DNA of 64,000 nucleotides, from positions 9,235-73,234 of the forward strand of contig JBFWNU010000005.1 in NCBI GenBank assembly GCA_050250895.1, written 5' to 3'. Below are positions 1 to 10,224 of the stretch, one piece after another. Each line of letters opens with the position of its first letter. Position 1 is the first letter of the stretch. The notes under the pieces were generated by a model, which did not search any database, had not been told where the DNA came from, and saw only the letters and a program-made list of their open reading frames with translations. Source of the DNA: Vulcanimicrobiota bacterium. Its GTDB lineage: Bacteria; Vulcanimicrobiota; Xenobia; Xenobiales; JADMJV01. The position numbers were made by a program, and so were the translations under genes.

Positions 1-903
1 GTCTTTGCCCTTCTTGAGCACCGCGAAGGTGTCGTTGTAGGGGCCGACATTGTCGCCGGAACTGTGGCGTTTGCCATCGGGGCTCAAACCGCGCAAGCCC
101 ACCACGGTGGTGCGGTTGGGGTCGAACTTGCCGCCGTTGGCTTCGACCAGACCTTTGAGATAGTCGTACTGGCCCTGGGTGTCGAGACCTTTGGGAATTT
201 GGGGTAACTGACCAGCCTGAATGGCGCCCGCATTGCCGGCGTCGGTCTCGGTTCTGCCAGTGTCGGTCTTGCCAGTGTCGGATCTGCCGCCTTTGGTGTC
301 GCGGGCCGGCGGAGTGGGACCCTGGGTTCGTCCCGTGTCGGCCTTGCCTTGGGTATCCCCGACAGGAGAGGGACCCTGGCGTGCGTTGGGGTCAGAGTGA
401 AGCTCGTTGAGCTTCTTCTGGGTCTCGGGTCCGACGACGCCGTCGATATCTAGATTATGCTTCTTCTGGAAGTCGCGCACCGCCCTGGCGGTGTCCTGGC
501 CGAACTTACCGTCGGTGTCGAGTTTGGCGCCGCCACGGTTGAGCATCTCTTGGAGACGTTCCACTTTGGGGCCGCTGCCGCCGGAACGGATCCTCTCGTT
601 CTTGCCAAGACCCAGTCCGCCGTTGAGGGTGTCGGCGGTCTCGTTGCCCACGATTCCGTCGACGGCCAGGCCGTGCTCTTTCTGAAATGTGCGGACTCCA
701 TCAGCCGTGCCGGCGTCAAAATTGCCGGTCGGCTTCATCCCGAGGCGTTCCTGGATATGACGTGCCTGGTCTCCGGTCGCGCCCTGGGATACCTCTTGGC
801 CGGGGCTGAGCTTGACCTGTTCGGGACCCAGTCCGACCGACGACCGAGCCCAGCTCAGGAAGTCGGGACTACTGCCAGAAGGCTTTTCCTGTCGCTCGGC
901 CAT
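1..903 (-). CDS. Peptidoglycan-binding domain protein (two PG_binding_1-like repeats); 3' part runs off window start
   Basis: Reverse-strand translation from ATG (cat at 901-903) gives two GxxVxxxQxxL...DGxFGxxTxxAVxxFQ repeats and TDTGKTDTGRTETD low-complexity repeats. Codon third positions are GC-rich. The opposite-strand ORFs 457..1056 and 407..685 look antisense. Confidence 0.6.
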   Translation of the reverse strand, partial: MAERQEKPSGSSPDFLSWARSSVGLGPEQVKLSPGQEVSQGATGDQARHIQERLGMKPTGNFDAGTADGVRTFQKEHGLAVDGIVGNETADTLNGGLGLGKNERIRSGGSGPKVERLQEMLNRGGAKLDTDGKFGQDTARAVRDFQKKHNLDIDGVVGPETQKKLNELHSDPNARQGPSPVGDTQGKADTGRTQGPTPPARDTKGGRSDTGKTDTGRTETDAGNAGAIQAGQLPQIPKGLDTQGQYDYLKGLVEANGGKFDPNRTTVVGLRGLSPDGKRHSSGDNVGPYNDTFAVLKKGKD

Positions 904-1180
904 GGATGCGCGCTGATAGGACTCGCTAGCCGGCTTTTCTTTGGGAGCGCCCTGGGCCGGCCGGGAGGCCGGAGCCTGGGGCCGAGCCGCTGGGCGGTTG
1001 GGAGCTTTAGGGGGGGTCTTTGGAGGGGACTTGGCTGGCGGCTTGGTAGAGGCTGACACACGAACTCCTCGTATTCTTTATACCTCGAGGATACCGGGTC
1101 TGTTTGTGGCCGAGTTTGCACATCGGGTAAACAGTGTTGCCAAAGTGTTAACTGGATGAGAATTTCTAAATATCTCGAGA

Positions 1181-1213
1181 CAAAAAGAGGGTGCCGGCTT
1201 TGGGCCGGCACCC
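1181..1213 (-). terminator. Rho-independent terminator for the 1234..2496 gene
   Basis: 10-bp perfect stem GGGTGCCGGC/GCCGGCACCC with a 5-nt loop, followed on the minus strand by a TTTTTG run; sits 20 nt after the gene stop. Confidence 0.55.
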
Positions 1214-1233
1214 CGCACGTTCTATCCAGAGAC

Positions 1234-2496
1234 TTAATCGAAGGGGTTCAACCAGCTGAGCACGCGACGGCCGCCATCCACCACCGCATTGCCGACGTCG
1301 GCGGCCGTGTTGATCACGGCTCGGCCGGTGTCGGCCACGAAATCCACGGTGGCGCGGGCCGCGTTGTCGACCCAACCGGCGGTGCGCTCGACCCAGTTGT
1401 CGTCGCTGTCGCCGGGCTGATTGAAGTAGCGGACCGAGCCGTCTTTCATGGTGGCCACGATCACCACCTGGCCGTTCTCGAGCGTACGAACCTCGTGGCT
1501 GCGCACGTTCTCGAGATTGATGTCGCGGTTGCCGTTGCCGTTGCCGGTGGCCCAACTTGCGAAGCGTTCCAGCGGTCCATCGTCAGCGTCGCCGGCTCGA
1601 ACCGTGGTGGTGACATCGTCACCCGGTGTTTGACCCGGGTTGACCGAGTCGACCTGACCGTTCGCGCGGATGGTGACACGGGTGTTGATATCACCGTCGG
1701 TGTCTTCGACGATGGCCCGGGAGTTGGTGTTGTTATTGACCACGGTGGTGGTGGTCTGAGCGGTCAAGTCGTTGCTGGTGGCCCGGGTCTGAGAGATGGT
1801 CGCACCGGGGGTCTCCCCCGCGGTCGTTTCGATGAAGCCGCCATCGTTGACGCGGGTCGTCACGGTCATGCGAGCGTCGCGGACCTCGTTCATCGTGCGG
1901 ACTTCGGCCTGGTTAGGAGTAACGTGGATCCGCTGTTGACCGACGTCCTGACGACCGGCAATCAGCCGACCCGGGTGATCGCTGTCGAGGTGCTGGCGAT
2001 TGCAGACCTGAGGTTGGCGATACATGTTTTGCATGGCCATCATCTGCATCATCTGTTGTTGCTGTTGCATCATATACATCTGCATGTACATGTTCATCAT
2101 GGCCGCATTGCGCTGCTGGCTCATCTGTAACAGTCCCATGTAGGGGGCCATCTCGGGACCAAAGCCGTAGCCGTAGGCCGACGGCCCGAACCCGAACGAG
2201 CCTGGCATCCCAAACGAGCCGGGGTAGTTGCCGCAGCCGCCGCCCATCTGGTTGGCCATGTTGCCACCCATCCAGGCGCCCTGGTAAGGGTTATGACAAG
2301 AGCAGCCGCAGTTGAGGGCCTGACCCGAGAAGCCGTTGGGTTGGTAGGGCGTGGGGGCACCCAGCGCCTGGTTGAGTCCGCCGAAAAGTTGATTGGAAAA
2401 GAGTCCGAGCAGGCCGCCGATGATGGCGCCCGGGCCAGGGCACATCAATCCACCGATGAGCGCGCCCGCCAGGCCGCCCATGAAGTTGAGTTGCAT
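1234..2496 (-). CDS. Hypothetical protein: N-terminal glycine-zipper (GGLAGALIGGL), Met/Gln-rich low-complexity region, C-terminal Thr/Asn/Asp-rich domain
   Basis: 420-aa ORF with strong GC3 bias on the minus strand. AGGAGA RBS 7 nt upstream of ATG. Terminator hairpin downstream. The opposite ORF 1156..2130 has antisense-like V/H/G/A composition. Confidence 0.6.
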   Translation of the reverse strand: MQLNFMGGLAGALIGGLMCPGPGAIIGGLLGLFSNQLFGGLNQALGAPTPYQPNGFSGQALNCGCSCHNPYQGAWMGGNMANQMGGGCGNYPGSFGMPGSFGFGPSAYGYGFGPEMAPYMGLLQMSQQRNAAMMNMYMQMYMMQQQQQMMQMMAMQNMYRQPQVCNRQHLDSDHPGRLIAGRQDVGQQRIHVTPNQAEVRTMNEVRDARMTVTTRVNDGGFIETTAGETPGATISQTRATSNDLTAQTTTTVVNNNTNSRAIVEDTDGDINTRVTIRANGQVDSVNPGQTPGDDVTTTVRAGDADDGPLERFASWATGNGNGNRDINLENVRSHEVRTLENGQVVIVATMKDGSVRYFNQPGDSDDNWVERTAGWVDNAARATVDFVADTGRAVINTAADVGNAVVDGGRRVLSWLNPFD

Positions 2497-2667
2497 TTGG
2501 TATCTCCTGCGATGAGAAGTTGCGACCGGCGTTCTCTTTTAGGCGTGGATCGCTCGACTCGCATGATGAGTATCACGCAAGACAAGACGGCCGTTAAGGC
2601 TTTAACAAAAGTTTTACAAACAGGGTGCTGGATTGAGGTCGGAAGTCAGCCATTGGCCAGCAGGGAG

Positions 2668-3147
2668 CTAGCGAACCCTGGACCCCAGAAAGGAGTTGAA
2701 GAACCAATTCAGGACGGCGAAGGCCTCTCCCATCGAGCCGCCGCTCCTCTGGTGACCCTCACGCACCTGGTCGGTGACGAGCTCGTCTCCGGATAGGCCC
2801 CGGTTCTTGTAAATCTGGGTCACCTTGCGTAGCTCGCCGTGGTCGAACCAGATGCCGCGACAGGCCCGGCAAACGTCCAGCGCGATGCCGCCCACCAGTG
2901 GCCGTTCCATGCCCTGGCGGCAACGAGGGCATCGACGCGCCGCCGCCGAGATTTCATAGGTGTGGGTGGCCGACCCACCACCGGCCGGATTGAGGCGCTT
3001 CATCAGGTCAGGACTCTTGTAGAACGTGGCCAATTCGCCCGCGTCAAACCAGATACCGAGACAGTTCGGACAGGTATCGACTTCGAGACCGGTGCTTCCG
3101 TCCTTAAGCAGTTCCAACCCTTGCTTGCTGCAGACCGGACAAACCAT
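2668..3147 (-). CDS. Double zinc-ribbon protein (two CxxC...CxxC-G-IWFDxGEL repeats, zf-TFIIB/PF13453-like)
   Basis: Two copies of CP(V/R)C...CPNCLGIWFDAGEL / CPRCRQ...CRACRGIWFDHGEL in the translation. Confidence 0.6.
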   Translation of the reverse strand: MVCPVCSKQGLELLKDGSTGLEVDTCPNCLGIWFDAGELATFYKSPDLMKRLNPAGGGSATHTYEISAAARRCPRCRQGMERPLVGGIALDVCRACRGIWFDHGELRKVTQIYKNRGLSGDELVTDQVREGHQRSGGSMGEAFAVLNWFFNSFLGSRVR

Positions 3148-3189
3148 GGTCTGGCTATATACGCGAGTCGGCGCCGGGTGGCCTTCTGC

Positions 3190-3223
3190 TCAAAAGGAGA
3201 GCGGCGCCGTTGGCGCCGCTCTC
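3190..3223 (-). terminator. Rho-independent terminator downstream of the lipoprotein gene
   Basis: 12-bp perfect stem GAGAGCGGCGCC/GGCGCCGCTCTC with a 3-nt loop, then CTTTTG on the minus strand, 6 nt after the stop at 3229. Confidence 0.55.
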
Positions 3224-3228
3224 TTCTA

Positions 3229-3618
3229 CTAGTGGGATTCGTCCGAGTTCTCAGCCGGGGCGGCGTCCGTCATCGGCGTCTCTCCCTCGGCCGGGGCGCC
3301 ATCCACGGTGGCCTCGCCTTCGGCCGGCGCACCATCCATGGTGGCCGGCGCCTCCGCCGGTGCCCCATCCATGGTGGTGGGAGCTTCGCCGGCAGGCGCT
3401 CCGTCCATACTGGTCGGAGTCTCTTCCCCGGTGGCCGGGGCCGTGTCGGTGGCTGGGGCTGTGTCGGTGGCCGGGGCGGTTTGGCCTGGCGGCGGGACCT
3501 CCGCAGGCTGAGTCGCAGCCGGAGGAGGGGTAGGGGTCCCCTCGTTGACTTGACCTTGATTGCAGCCCGCGACCAGAGTGGCCAGCAGAAGGGCTCCAAC
3601 TAGAAAGATACGGTTCAT
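3229..3618 (-). CDS. Acidic Pro/Ala/Thr-rich lipoprotein with tandem peptide repeats
   Basis: Start placed at the internal Met (MNRIFLVGALLLATLVAGC, with lipobox LVAGC) preceded by GGGAGAGG RBS. Repeats TDTAPA x3 and MDGAPAE x4 are encoded by 18- and 36-nt DNA tandem repeats. The longer ORF begins at 3657. Confidence 0.55.
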   Translation of the reverse strand: MNRIFLVGALLLATLVAGCNQGQVNEGTPTPPPAATQPAEVPPPGQTAPATDTAPATDTAPATGEETPTSMDGAPAGEAPTTMDGAPAEAPATMDGAPAEGEATVDGAPAEGETPMTDAAPAENSDESH

Positions 3619-3803
3619 AAAATCCTCTCCCATGATGTGATGAGGGGTTAGCCTCATCTAGAATGTAGACGAACCGGGTCAAGCTTCCCTCAAGATGCCT
3701 GCCCGGCCGCGTCAATTTTGTGTCAAGGTTCTCTTGATAGTTCCTTGCTGTCAGGTGCGAGCGATTTGACCTCGACTTGACCCGCCCCTGTTAGAGTAAA
3801 GGC

Positions 3804-5054
3804 GTGTATCAGCTAGTCAGCGGCCTGGGCGTCGCCGCCCTGTTAGCCATCGCCTATGTCTTTTCGGAAAATAGGAAAGCTGTGTCCTGGCGGTTGGTGG
3901 CCGTGGGAACCGGATTGCAGTTTCTATTGGCTGGGCTGGTGCTAAAGACCAGCCCGGGACGTTGGGTCTTTGCCTGGTTTAATGACCTGATCGGTGCAAT
4001 TCTCGGCTATGGAGAGGCGGGAACGCGCTTCGTCTTCAGCGAGAAACTCACCGACCCTGGCGCGTTTGGCGACATGGTCTTCGCTTTCAAGGTATTGCCC
4101 ACCATCATTTTCTTTTCGGCCATGATGAGCGTGCTGTACTACCTGGGGGTGATGCAATGGGTGGTCGCCGGTCTTTCGCGGCTGATGATGAGGGCGCTGG
4201 GCACCTCCGGAGCCGAGACCCTCTCCTGCGCTGCCAACATCTTTGTCGGTCAGACCGAAGCGCCCCTCCTTATCCGTCCCTATGTCGAGCGCATGACACG
4301 TTCCGAGTTGATGACGGTGATGACCGGCGGGTTCGCGACCGTGGCCGGGGGGGTCATGGCCGCCTATGTGGCCATGCTTAGCGACCGCTTTCCCAGCATC
4401 GCCGGTCATCTCATGGCGGCCTCCGTCATGTCGGCTCCGGCGGCGCTCGTGATGGCCAAGATCCTGATCCCCGAAACCGAAGAGCCAGCCACCCGAGGAG
4501 AGATCGCCATCGACGTGCCGGTCAAGGATGCTAACGTCATCGAGGCGGCCGCCGCTGGAGCCAGCGATGGTGTATCGTTGGCCCTCAACGTGGCTGGAAT
4601 GCTGGTGGCTTTCATCGGACTGGTGGCGCTGGCCGATGGCGGTCTGCACCACCTGGGGCTGCTTCTGGGCTACGAGAACTGGAACTTGAGTGCCGTCTTC
4701 AGCCTGGTCTTTTATCCCTTCGCTCTGTTGTTGGGCGTCCCGCCGGCCGAGGCCGGGACGGTGGCCAGACTGCTAGGCCAGAAGGTCGTCCTCAACGAGT
4801 TCTACGCGTACTCCCAACTGAGCTTGCTCCTCCACGGCTCAACCCAGGTCTTGTCCGAACGCTCGGTCACCCTGGTGACCTATGCCCTGTGCGGTTTCTC
4901 GAATTACTCGTCGATCGGTATCCAGATTGCCGGCATCGGCGGTATCGCGCCGGGACGGCGCTCGGATCTGGCCCGTCTCGGGTTGGCGGCTATGTTGGCC
5001 GGAAACCTGGCTTGTCTACAAACGGCCTGTGTGACCGGGGTTTTGGTGAGGTGA
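3804..5054 (+). CDS. nupC: NupC/CNT family concentrative nucleoside transporter
   Basis: 416-aa polytopic membrane protein with CNT-family hallmarks (GxxFVFG..L, MTGGFATVAGGVMAAY). GTG start. TTGACC...TAGAGT promoter-like sequence ending 6 nt before the start. Confidence 0.85.
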   Translation: MYQLVSGLGVAALLAIAYVFSENRKAVSWRLVAVGTGLQFLLAGLVLKTSPGRWVFAWFNDLIGAILGYGEAGTRFVFSEKLTDPGAFGDMVFAFKVLPTIIFFSAMMSVLYYLGVMQWVVAGLSRLMMRALGTSGAETLSCAANIFVGQTEAPLLIRPYVERMTRSELMTVMTGGFATVAGGVMAAYVAMLSDRFPSIAGHLMAASVMSAPAALVMAKILIPETEEPATRGEIAIDVPVKDANVIEAAAAGASDGVSLALNVAGMLVAFIGLVALADGGLHHLGLLLGYENWNLSAVFSLVFYPFALLLGVPPAEAGTVARLLGQKVVLNEFYAYSQLSLLLHGSTQVLSERSVTLVTYALCGFSNYSSIGIQIAGIGGIAPGRRSDLARLGLAAMLAGNLACLQTACVTGVLVR

Positions 5055-6183
5055 CCCTGAGTCTTCCAGGAGTCCCCCTGCCCTCGCGCCGAACCCTGGG
5101 TCCGGTGTTCGAACACGAAGCCTTCCCGGTCTGGCGTCCGGTCCAGTTGCTTTTCTCGGTTCTACTGGTGGCAATGGTCACGGTCGGAGCGCTGGCCCTG
5201 GGAGTCGTCACTCAGGCCAACCTGGTGATGTTCTATCTGCTGGTGGTTGTCTTTGCTGCCTCGCGCTGGGGCAAGGGCCCGGCCGCCCTGGCGGCCCTGA
5301 CGTCGGTTTTGGCCTTTGACTTCTTCTTCGTCCCGCCTTACCAGTTGTTGACCTTTTCTGTGCGGGACACCGAGCACTTCGTGACGTTCGTCTGTTTCAT
5401 GGTGGTCGGCTTGCTGGTGGCCGATTGGACCTCACGCATCCGTGGTCTGGCCCGCGACCGGCTGAGCTTGCTCGAAGAGGCCAGGGCGGTCGAGTTGCTC
5501 CGTGAAAAGGAGCGCCTCCAGGACGCCCTGCTCAATTCGATCTCTCACGACCTGCAAACACCGATCTCGTCTATCGTAGGAGCCCTGGACGGACTGTGTG
5601 ATACCAGCATCAACCTCGACCAGGAGTCTCGCCAGAGCCTGCTCGAGACGGCCCGCAGCGAAACCCATCGCCTGCACCGCCTGGTGCGGAATCTACTCGA
5701 TCTCACTCGGCTCGAGAGCGGTCCGCGTTTGAAGTTGGAAGAGTGTGACCTGACCGACCTGGTGGGAACGGCCCTGAGCCAATTGGAGGACGCCCTGGGA
5801 GCGCGCCAGGTGCGCCTGGATTTTGAGCCGGAGGCCCCGGTGCTCGAAGTGGATTTCGTGCTCTTCGTTCAGGTGCTGGTCAATCTGATCGACAATGCCG
5901 TAAAATATTCTCCGGCTGAATCGGCTATCGAACTGCGCTATCGAGTTGACCCTCAGGGAGTTCGGTTGGAAGTGCTGGACCGAGGCAGTGGGATCGCTGA
6001 GGCGGACCGCGAGCGGGTTTTCGAGAAGTTCTTCCGGCGTTCGGATACCAATACCTCAGGTTCGGGGCTGGGACTTGCCATCAGCCGAGGTCTGGTCGAA
6101 GCTCACGGCGGGCGGCTGACGGCCACCGCCCGGCCCGACGGCGGAGCGAGCCTGTTGATCTGGCTGCCAACGGAGCGAAGCTT

Positions 6184-6187
<4 letters not shown>
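5051..6187 (+). CDS. Sensor histidine kinase, KdpD C-terminal-like (DUF4118 membrane domain + HisKA + HATPase_c), lacking the KdpD N-terminal sensor/Usp domains
   Basis: Residues LLNSISHDLQTPISSI (H-box) and the G-box SGSGLGLAIS are present. Start placed at GTG 5051, overlapping the nupC stop as GTGA. The ORF-track start 4889 overlaps nupC in another frame. Confidence 0.75.
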
Positions 6188-6870
<683 letters not shown>

Positions 6871-7054
6871 TGGGTTCGCTAGCGAACGGACGCTCGCCAG
6901 GGCTTTGACTGGCAAAGTGCCGTCACCACTTGATTCTGTCCCCTTGACTCGTGTTCGCCGAGACTGAACTAGCAACATCCCGGACACAACCTGGATACTT
7001 CCCGGGTAGGCTGACGGCAAACTGTGACCTTCATCCTGGAGTTGGAGGTGCACT

Positions 7055-8428
7055 ATGCAAGCATTATTGAATAAACTAGGTTATTCTCACTTTCGACCCG
7101 GCCAGCGCGAAGCTCTGGCTGCTCTTTACGAAGGGCTCGACGTGTTGGCGGTCATGCCGACGGGAGCGGGCAAGTCCCTGATCTATCAACTTGGCTCCCA
7201 GGCCGTCGAAGGCCTCACCCTGGTGGTCTCGCCCCTGATCTCCTTGATGCAGGATCAGGTGGCGCGTCTGGAAGGGCGTGGATTTGCCGCCACCTATCTC
7301 GCCTCGAGCCTGGGCGCCGACGAGCATCACCAGCGACTGGAGGCGGTCCAAAGAGGACACATCCGTCTGCTGTTCGTGGCTCCAGAAAGGCTGCAGTCGA
7401 TCCCCTTCCGGCGCACACTGGCCAATCACCAGGTAGGCCTGCTAGCGATCGACGAGGCCCATTGCATCTCGCAGTGGGGCCACGACTTTCGCCCCGACTA
7501 TCGGCGCCTGGCCCAGCTCCGCCGCGAGCTGGGCTGCCCCTTGACGGTGGCCATGACGGCCACGGCCACTCCGGATGTTCAGGGCGACATCCTGCGCTGT
7601 CTCGAGATCGAGCAGGCCGTTCGAGTGGTGACCGGCTTTGACCGTCCCAACCTGGCCCTGAAGGTTCTGACCACCCCGGGTGGCGCCTACAAGGACGAGG
7701 TTCTCGCCGGGCTGGTCGCGGCCCATCTGAATCAGGTCATTCTGGTTTACGTCGGGACCCGCGCCGAATCCGAGCGGCTGAGCCTGGAACTGTCCGGCCT
7801 GCGGCCGACGATCTGCTATCACGGTGGCCTGCCCACCAAGGTCCGGACCGAGGCCTTGCAGCGGTTTTCGACCGAGGCCAACCCCCTGGTGGTGGCCACC
7901 AACGCTTTCGGCATGGGCATCGACCGGCCCGACGTGCGCCTGGTGATCCATCATCAGATGCCAGGCACGCTAGAGGCCTACTATCAAGAGGTGGGCCGGG
8001 CCGGACGAGACGGTAAACTGGCCGAGGGCGTCTTGCTGTTCGACCGCGAAGACCGCAAGTTGCACGAGTGGTTCATCAACCGGGCCTTTCCAACCCTCGA
8101 GAAGCTCCACGAGACCCACCTCAAACTGAGTCAGGGTGTCTCGTTTCGGCGCCTCAATCAGGTGGCCGTGGCCCAACTGGAGAAGGCCGGCCTGGTGACC
8201 AGGGTGGGACCAGGTCGATTCGTGACCCAACCCTGGACGCCGCGGCCTCTGGCTCGCCAGCTCGACGCCTCGGCAAACTACCGTCACCATCGCCATCGAC
8301 AACTCGAGAAGATGATCGCATACGCCGACGCCACGGTTTGCAGGCGCGGCCTGATCGTCAATCATTTCGGACAGAACCGGTTCACCGCCAGCAAACCGTG
8401 CTGCGACAACTGTCGGTCGTCGGGGTGA
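7055..8428 (+). CDS. recQ: RecQ-family ATP-dependent DNA helicase (short form, no HRDC)
   Basis: PTGAGKSLIYQL Walker A, DEAHCISQWGHDFRPDY, RQC zinc-binding Cys cluster. GGAGGTG RBS. Confidence 0.85.
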   Translation: MQALLNKLGYSHFRPGQREALAALYEGLDVLAVMPTGAGKSLIYQLGSQAVEGLTLVVSPLISLMQDQVARLEGRGFAATYLASSLGADEHHQRLEAVQRGHIRLLFVAPERLQSIPFRRTLANHQVGLLAIDEAHCISQWGHDFRPDYRRLAQLRRELGCPLTVAMTATATPDVQGDILRCLEIEQAVRVVTGFDRPNLALKVLTTPGGAYKDEVLAGLVAAHLNQVILVYVGTRAESERLSLELSGLRPTICYHGGLPTKVRTEALQRFSTEANPLVVATNAFGMGIDRPDVRLVIHHQMPGTLEAYYQEVGRAGRDGKLAEGVLLFDREDRKLHEWFINRAFPTLEKLHETHLKLSQGVSFRRLNQVAVAQLEKAGLVTRVGPGRFVTQPWTPRPLARQLDASANYRHHRHRQLEKMIAYADATVCRRGLIVNHFGQNRFTASKPCCDNCRSSG

Positions 8429-8567
8429 GGATTGTAACAAATCCCTAACATCCCCTCTCTTTACCATCCACCCCTCCGGTCGTGATGACTAACTTGCAGG
8501 AGGTTCTGCGACGGGCGCCAGACCGGTCGCCGATGCCCCCTAGTCTCACACAGGAGGGGTTTCTGTC

Positions 8568-9200
8568 ATGCGCCGTTTACACGACCTGCCAACGATCGCG
8601 CCCACCCCCGACACCCTGTACGTGAGTCATCTACCACGTCCCTCGGTGGCCGGGCTGCGCTTCCGTCGCCGAGTGGAAGAGTTCGTAGAGTTTTTCGAAG
8701 CCTTCTTCACCTGGCTGGCCGAGGGAACCCGGGCCCTGCTGACGGCCACCCTGACCTTCTGCTGGCAGGTCTCGCGTTGCGCGATGGTGCTCGCCTTCTC
8801 GCTCTGGTTGTTGATTCCGGGGCAGGCCGTCGAGCCCGGTCCCAGATTGGTCGACGCCAGTCAGGCCGTCGTCGACTTTCACCGCGCCCTCGAGGGCCGG
8901 GCCTATCAGGCGGCCTACGGCCAGATGAGCCCTGCCTGGCAGGCTCAGCTCGGCTTTGAACCGTTCGTACGCGGCTTCCACGGATCGAGTTTGAGCCATC
9001 TGCAGGTGGTCGCCGTCGAGCCGCTGACTCGCGAGCTGGCCCGGGTCCAGGTGGTGCTTCGAGTGAGCCGGGGCGGGCACGCAGTGGATTACTACGGCCA
9101 CTACGCGGTGCGCTTCAACGGTCGCGGCTGGGCCCTCGACAGCGGCAAACTCAAGCCTCGGACCCGGATGGTGGGCCAGCGTCTAGCCCCAATTCTCTAA
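8568..9200 (+). CDS. Hypothetical membrane protein
   Basis: 210-aa ORF with GGAGG RBS and a TM segment; convergently overlaps the next gene by about 50 nt. Confidence 0.4.
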   Translation: MRRLHDLPTIAPTPDTLYVSHLPRPSVAGLRFRRRVEEFVEFFEAFFTWLAEGTRALLTATLTFCWQVSRCAMVLAFSLWLLIPGQAVEPGPRLVDASQAVVDFHRALEGRAYQAAYGQMSPAWQAQLGFEPFVRGFHGSSLSHLQVVAVEPLTRELARVQVVLRVSRGGHAVDYYGHYAVRFNGRGWALDSGKLKPRTRMVGQRLAPIL

Positions 9201-10224
9201 GGTAGCGTTCGTCCTCGTCCTCGAAAAGCTCGGCCCCTCCCTGGCGATAGGCCTCGGCCAGTTCCTCTCGCCCGCGCTGTCGCACTCCAGAGTCATACAA
9301 GCTCTGCCCCAGACGCAATCTGAGAAAAGGATCGGCAGAGCCTCCCGGACATCCCAGAGCCGATTCGAGCACCTCGATGGCTTTGTCGTATTCCCCCGAG
9401 CGAAAGGCCACATCTCCGATAGCCGTCAACACCCAGGTGGTTTCCTCGCGCCCGTCGAGCGGCGGCGGAATCAACTCGTAGGCTTCGGCAAACTTCATCC
9501 AGGCCTGCTGCCACTGACGGGATTCGGCCAGTTCATAGCCCTGGTTGCACAGTCGTTCGATTTCTTCCTCGAGCGCGGAGGGGATCTCGTCAACCCGGGC
9601 CTGCAGGCATTGGTGGCACAGTCTGGGCGTGTCGGGAAAGCGCAGGATGGGGCCATCGCACTGCTGACAACGACAGGCTTCGCCATCATGAAGGCAGACT
9701 CCACACAGTCCGTTCTCATAGCCTTCGACCACCAGGTCGCGACGACCGCAGCGGCGGCAGACCGGAATCGCCTCGAGTTCTTCCTGAGCGCTGACCTCGC
9801 GCTCGACAAACCAGACGTAGGGCGCGAAGCGCTCGAATTCCTCGCCGCGAAGATGATCGGCGACGAATTCGAGGGTGAACCCTCCCAGGCCCCGACCTTT
9901 GCTCACCAGGAACCAGTCGGACACTCTCTCGACCCGAAACTCGACCACCTGGCCGGCATGGAGCGAGCTCTCGAAGGAAGGTTCAGAGGCCAGTCTACCC
10001 CGGACGGTGCGTCCGTCGGTCCAAAGCATCCGCAAGAAGAGGTGTTCACCGCTATCGGGCTGGCTGGGGTCATCGAAGAACGCTTTGAGGGCTGCCTCTT
10101 CGAAGGCCGGCCATTGCCGGAAATGCTCGAATTCGGCCTGGCGAGCGAACTCTTCAAACGTAGCCTGGGCCTCTCGGACGGCTTGCGCCATCTGGGCCCC
10201 TTCCGTTTTTTTCCAGTCGATCAT
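9151..10224 (-). CDS. Hypothetical protein with Cys-rich (multiple CxxC) central region and TPR-like C-terminus
   Basis: 357-aa ORF; ATGA overlap with the upstream gene (10221..10574). Confidence 0.55.
   Translation of the reverse strand: MIDWKKTEGAQMAQAVREAQATFEEFARQAEFEHFRQWPAFEEAALKAFFDDPSQPDSGEHLFLRMLWTDGRTVRGRLASEPSFESSLHAGQVVEFRVERVSDWFLVSKGRGLGGFTLEFVADHLRGEEFERFAPYVWFVEREVSAQEELEAIPVCRRCGRRDLVVEGYENGLCGVCLHDGEACRCQQCDGPILRFPDTPRLCHQCLQARVDEIPSALEEEIERLCNQGYELAESRQWQQAWMKFAEAYELIPPPLDGREETTWVLTAIGDVAFRSGEYDKAIEVLESALGCPGGSADPFLRLRLGQSLYDSGVRQRGREELAEAYRQGGAELFEDEDERYLRELGLDAGPPSGSEA

Noticed and set aside
1156-2130. 324-aa plus-strand ORF
   Set aside because: Antisense to the Gly-zipper/MQ-rich gene; V/H/G/A-dominated translation with poly-His artefacts and no GC3 bias.
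3210-3533. Possible CRISPR-like or satellite repeat array
   Set aside because: The periodicity is in-frame peptide repeats of a lipoprotein gene; there are no spacers of unique sequence and no cas genes.
4889-5050. N-terminal 54-aa extension of the histidine kinase ORF
   Set aside because: Overlaps the nupC coding region in another frame; the GTG at 5051 forms a GTGA junction with the nupC stop and begins right before the DUF4118 membrane domain.
8429-8567. Intergenic regions scanned for tRNA/ncRNA
   Set aside because: No cloverleaf-compatible sequence with conserved T-loop GTTC or D-loop features found here or in other gaps (2497-2667, 3658-3803, 12324-12447, 53925-54040).
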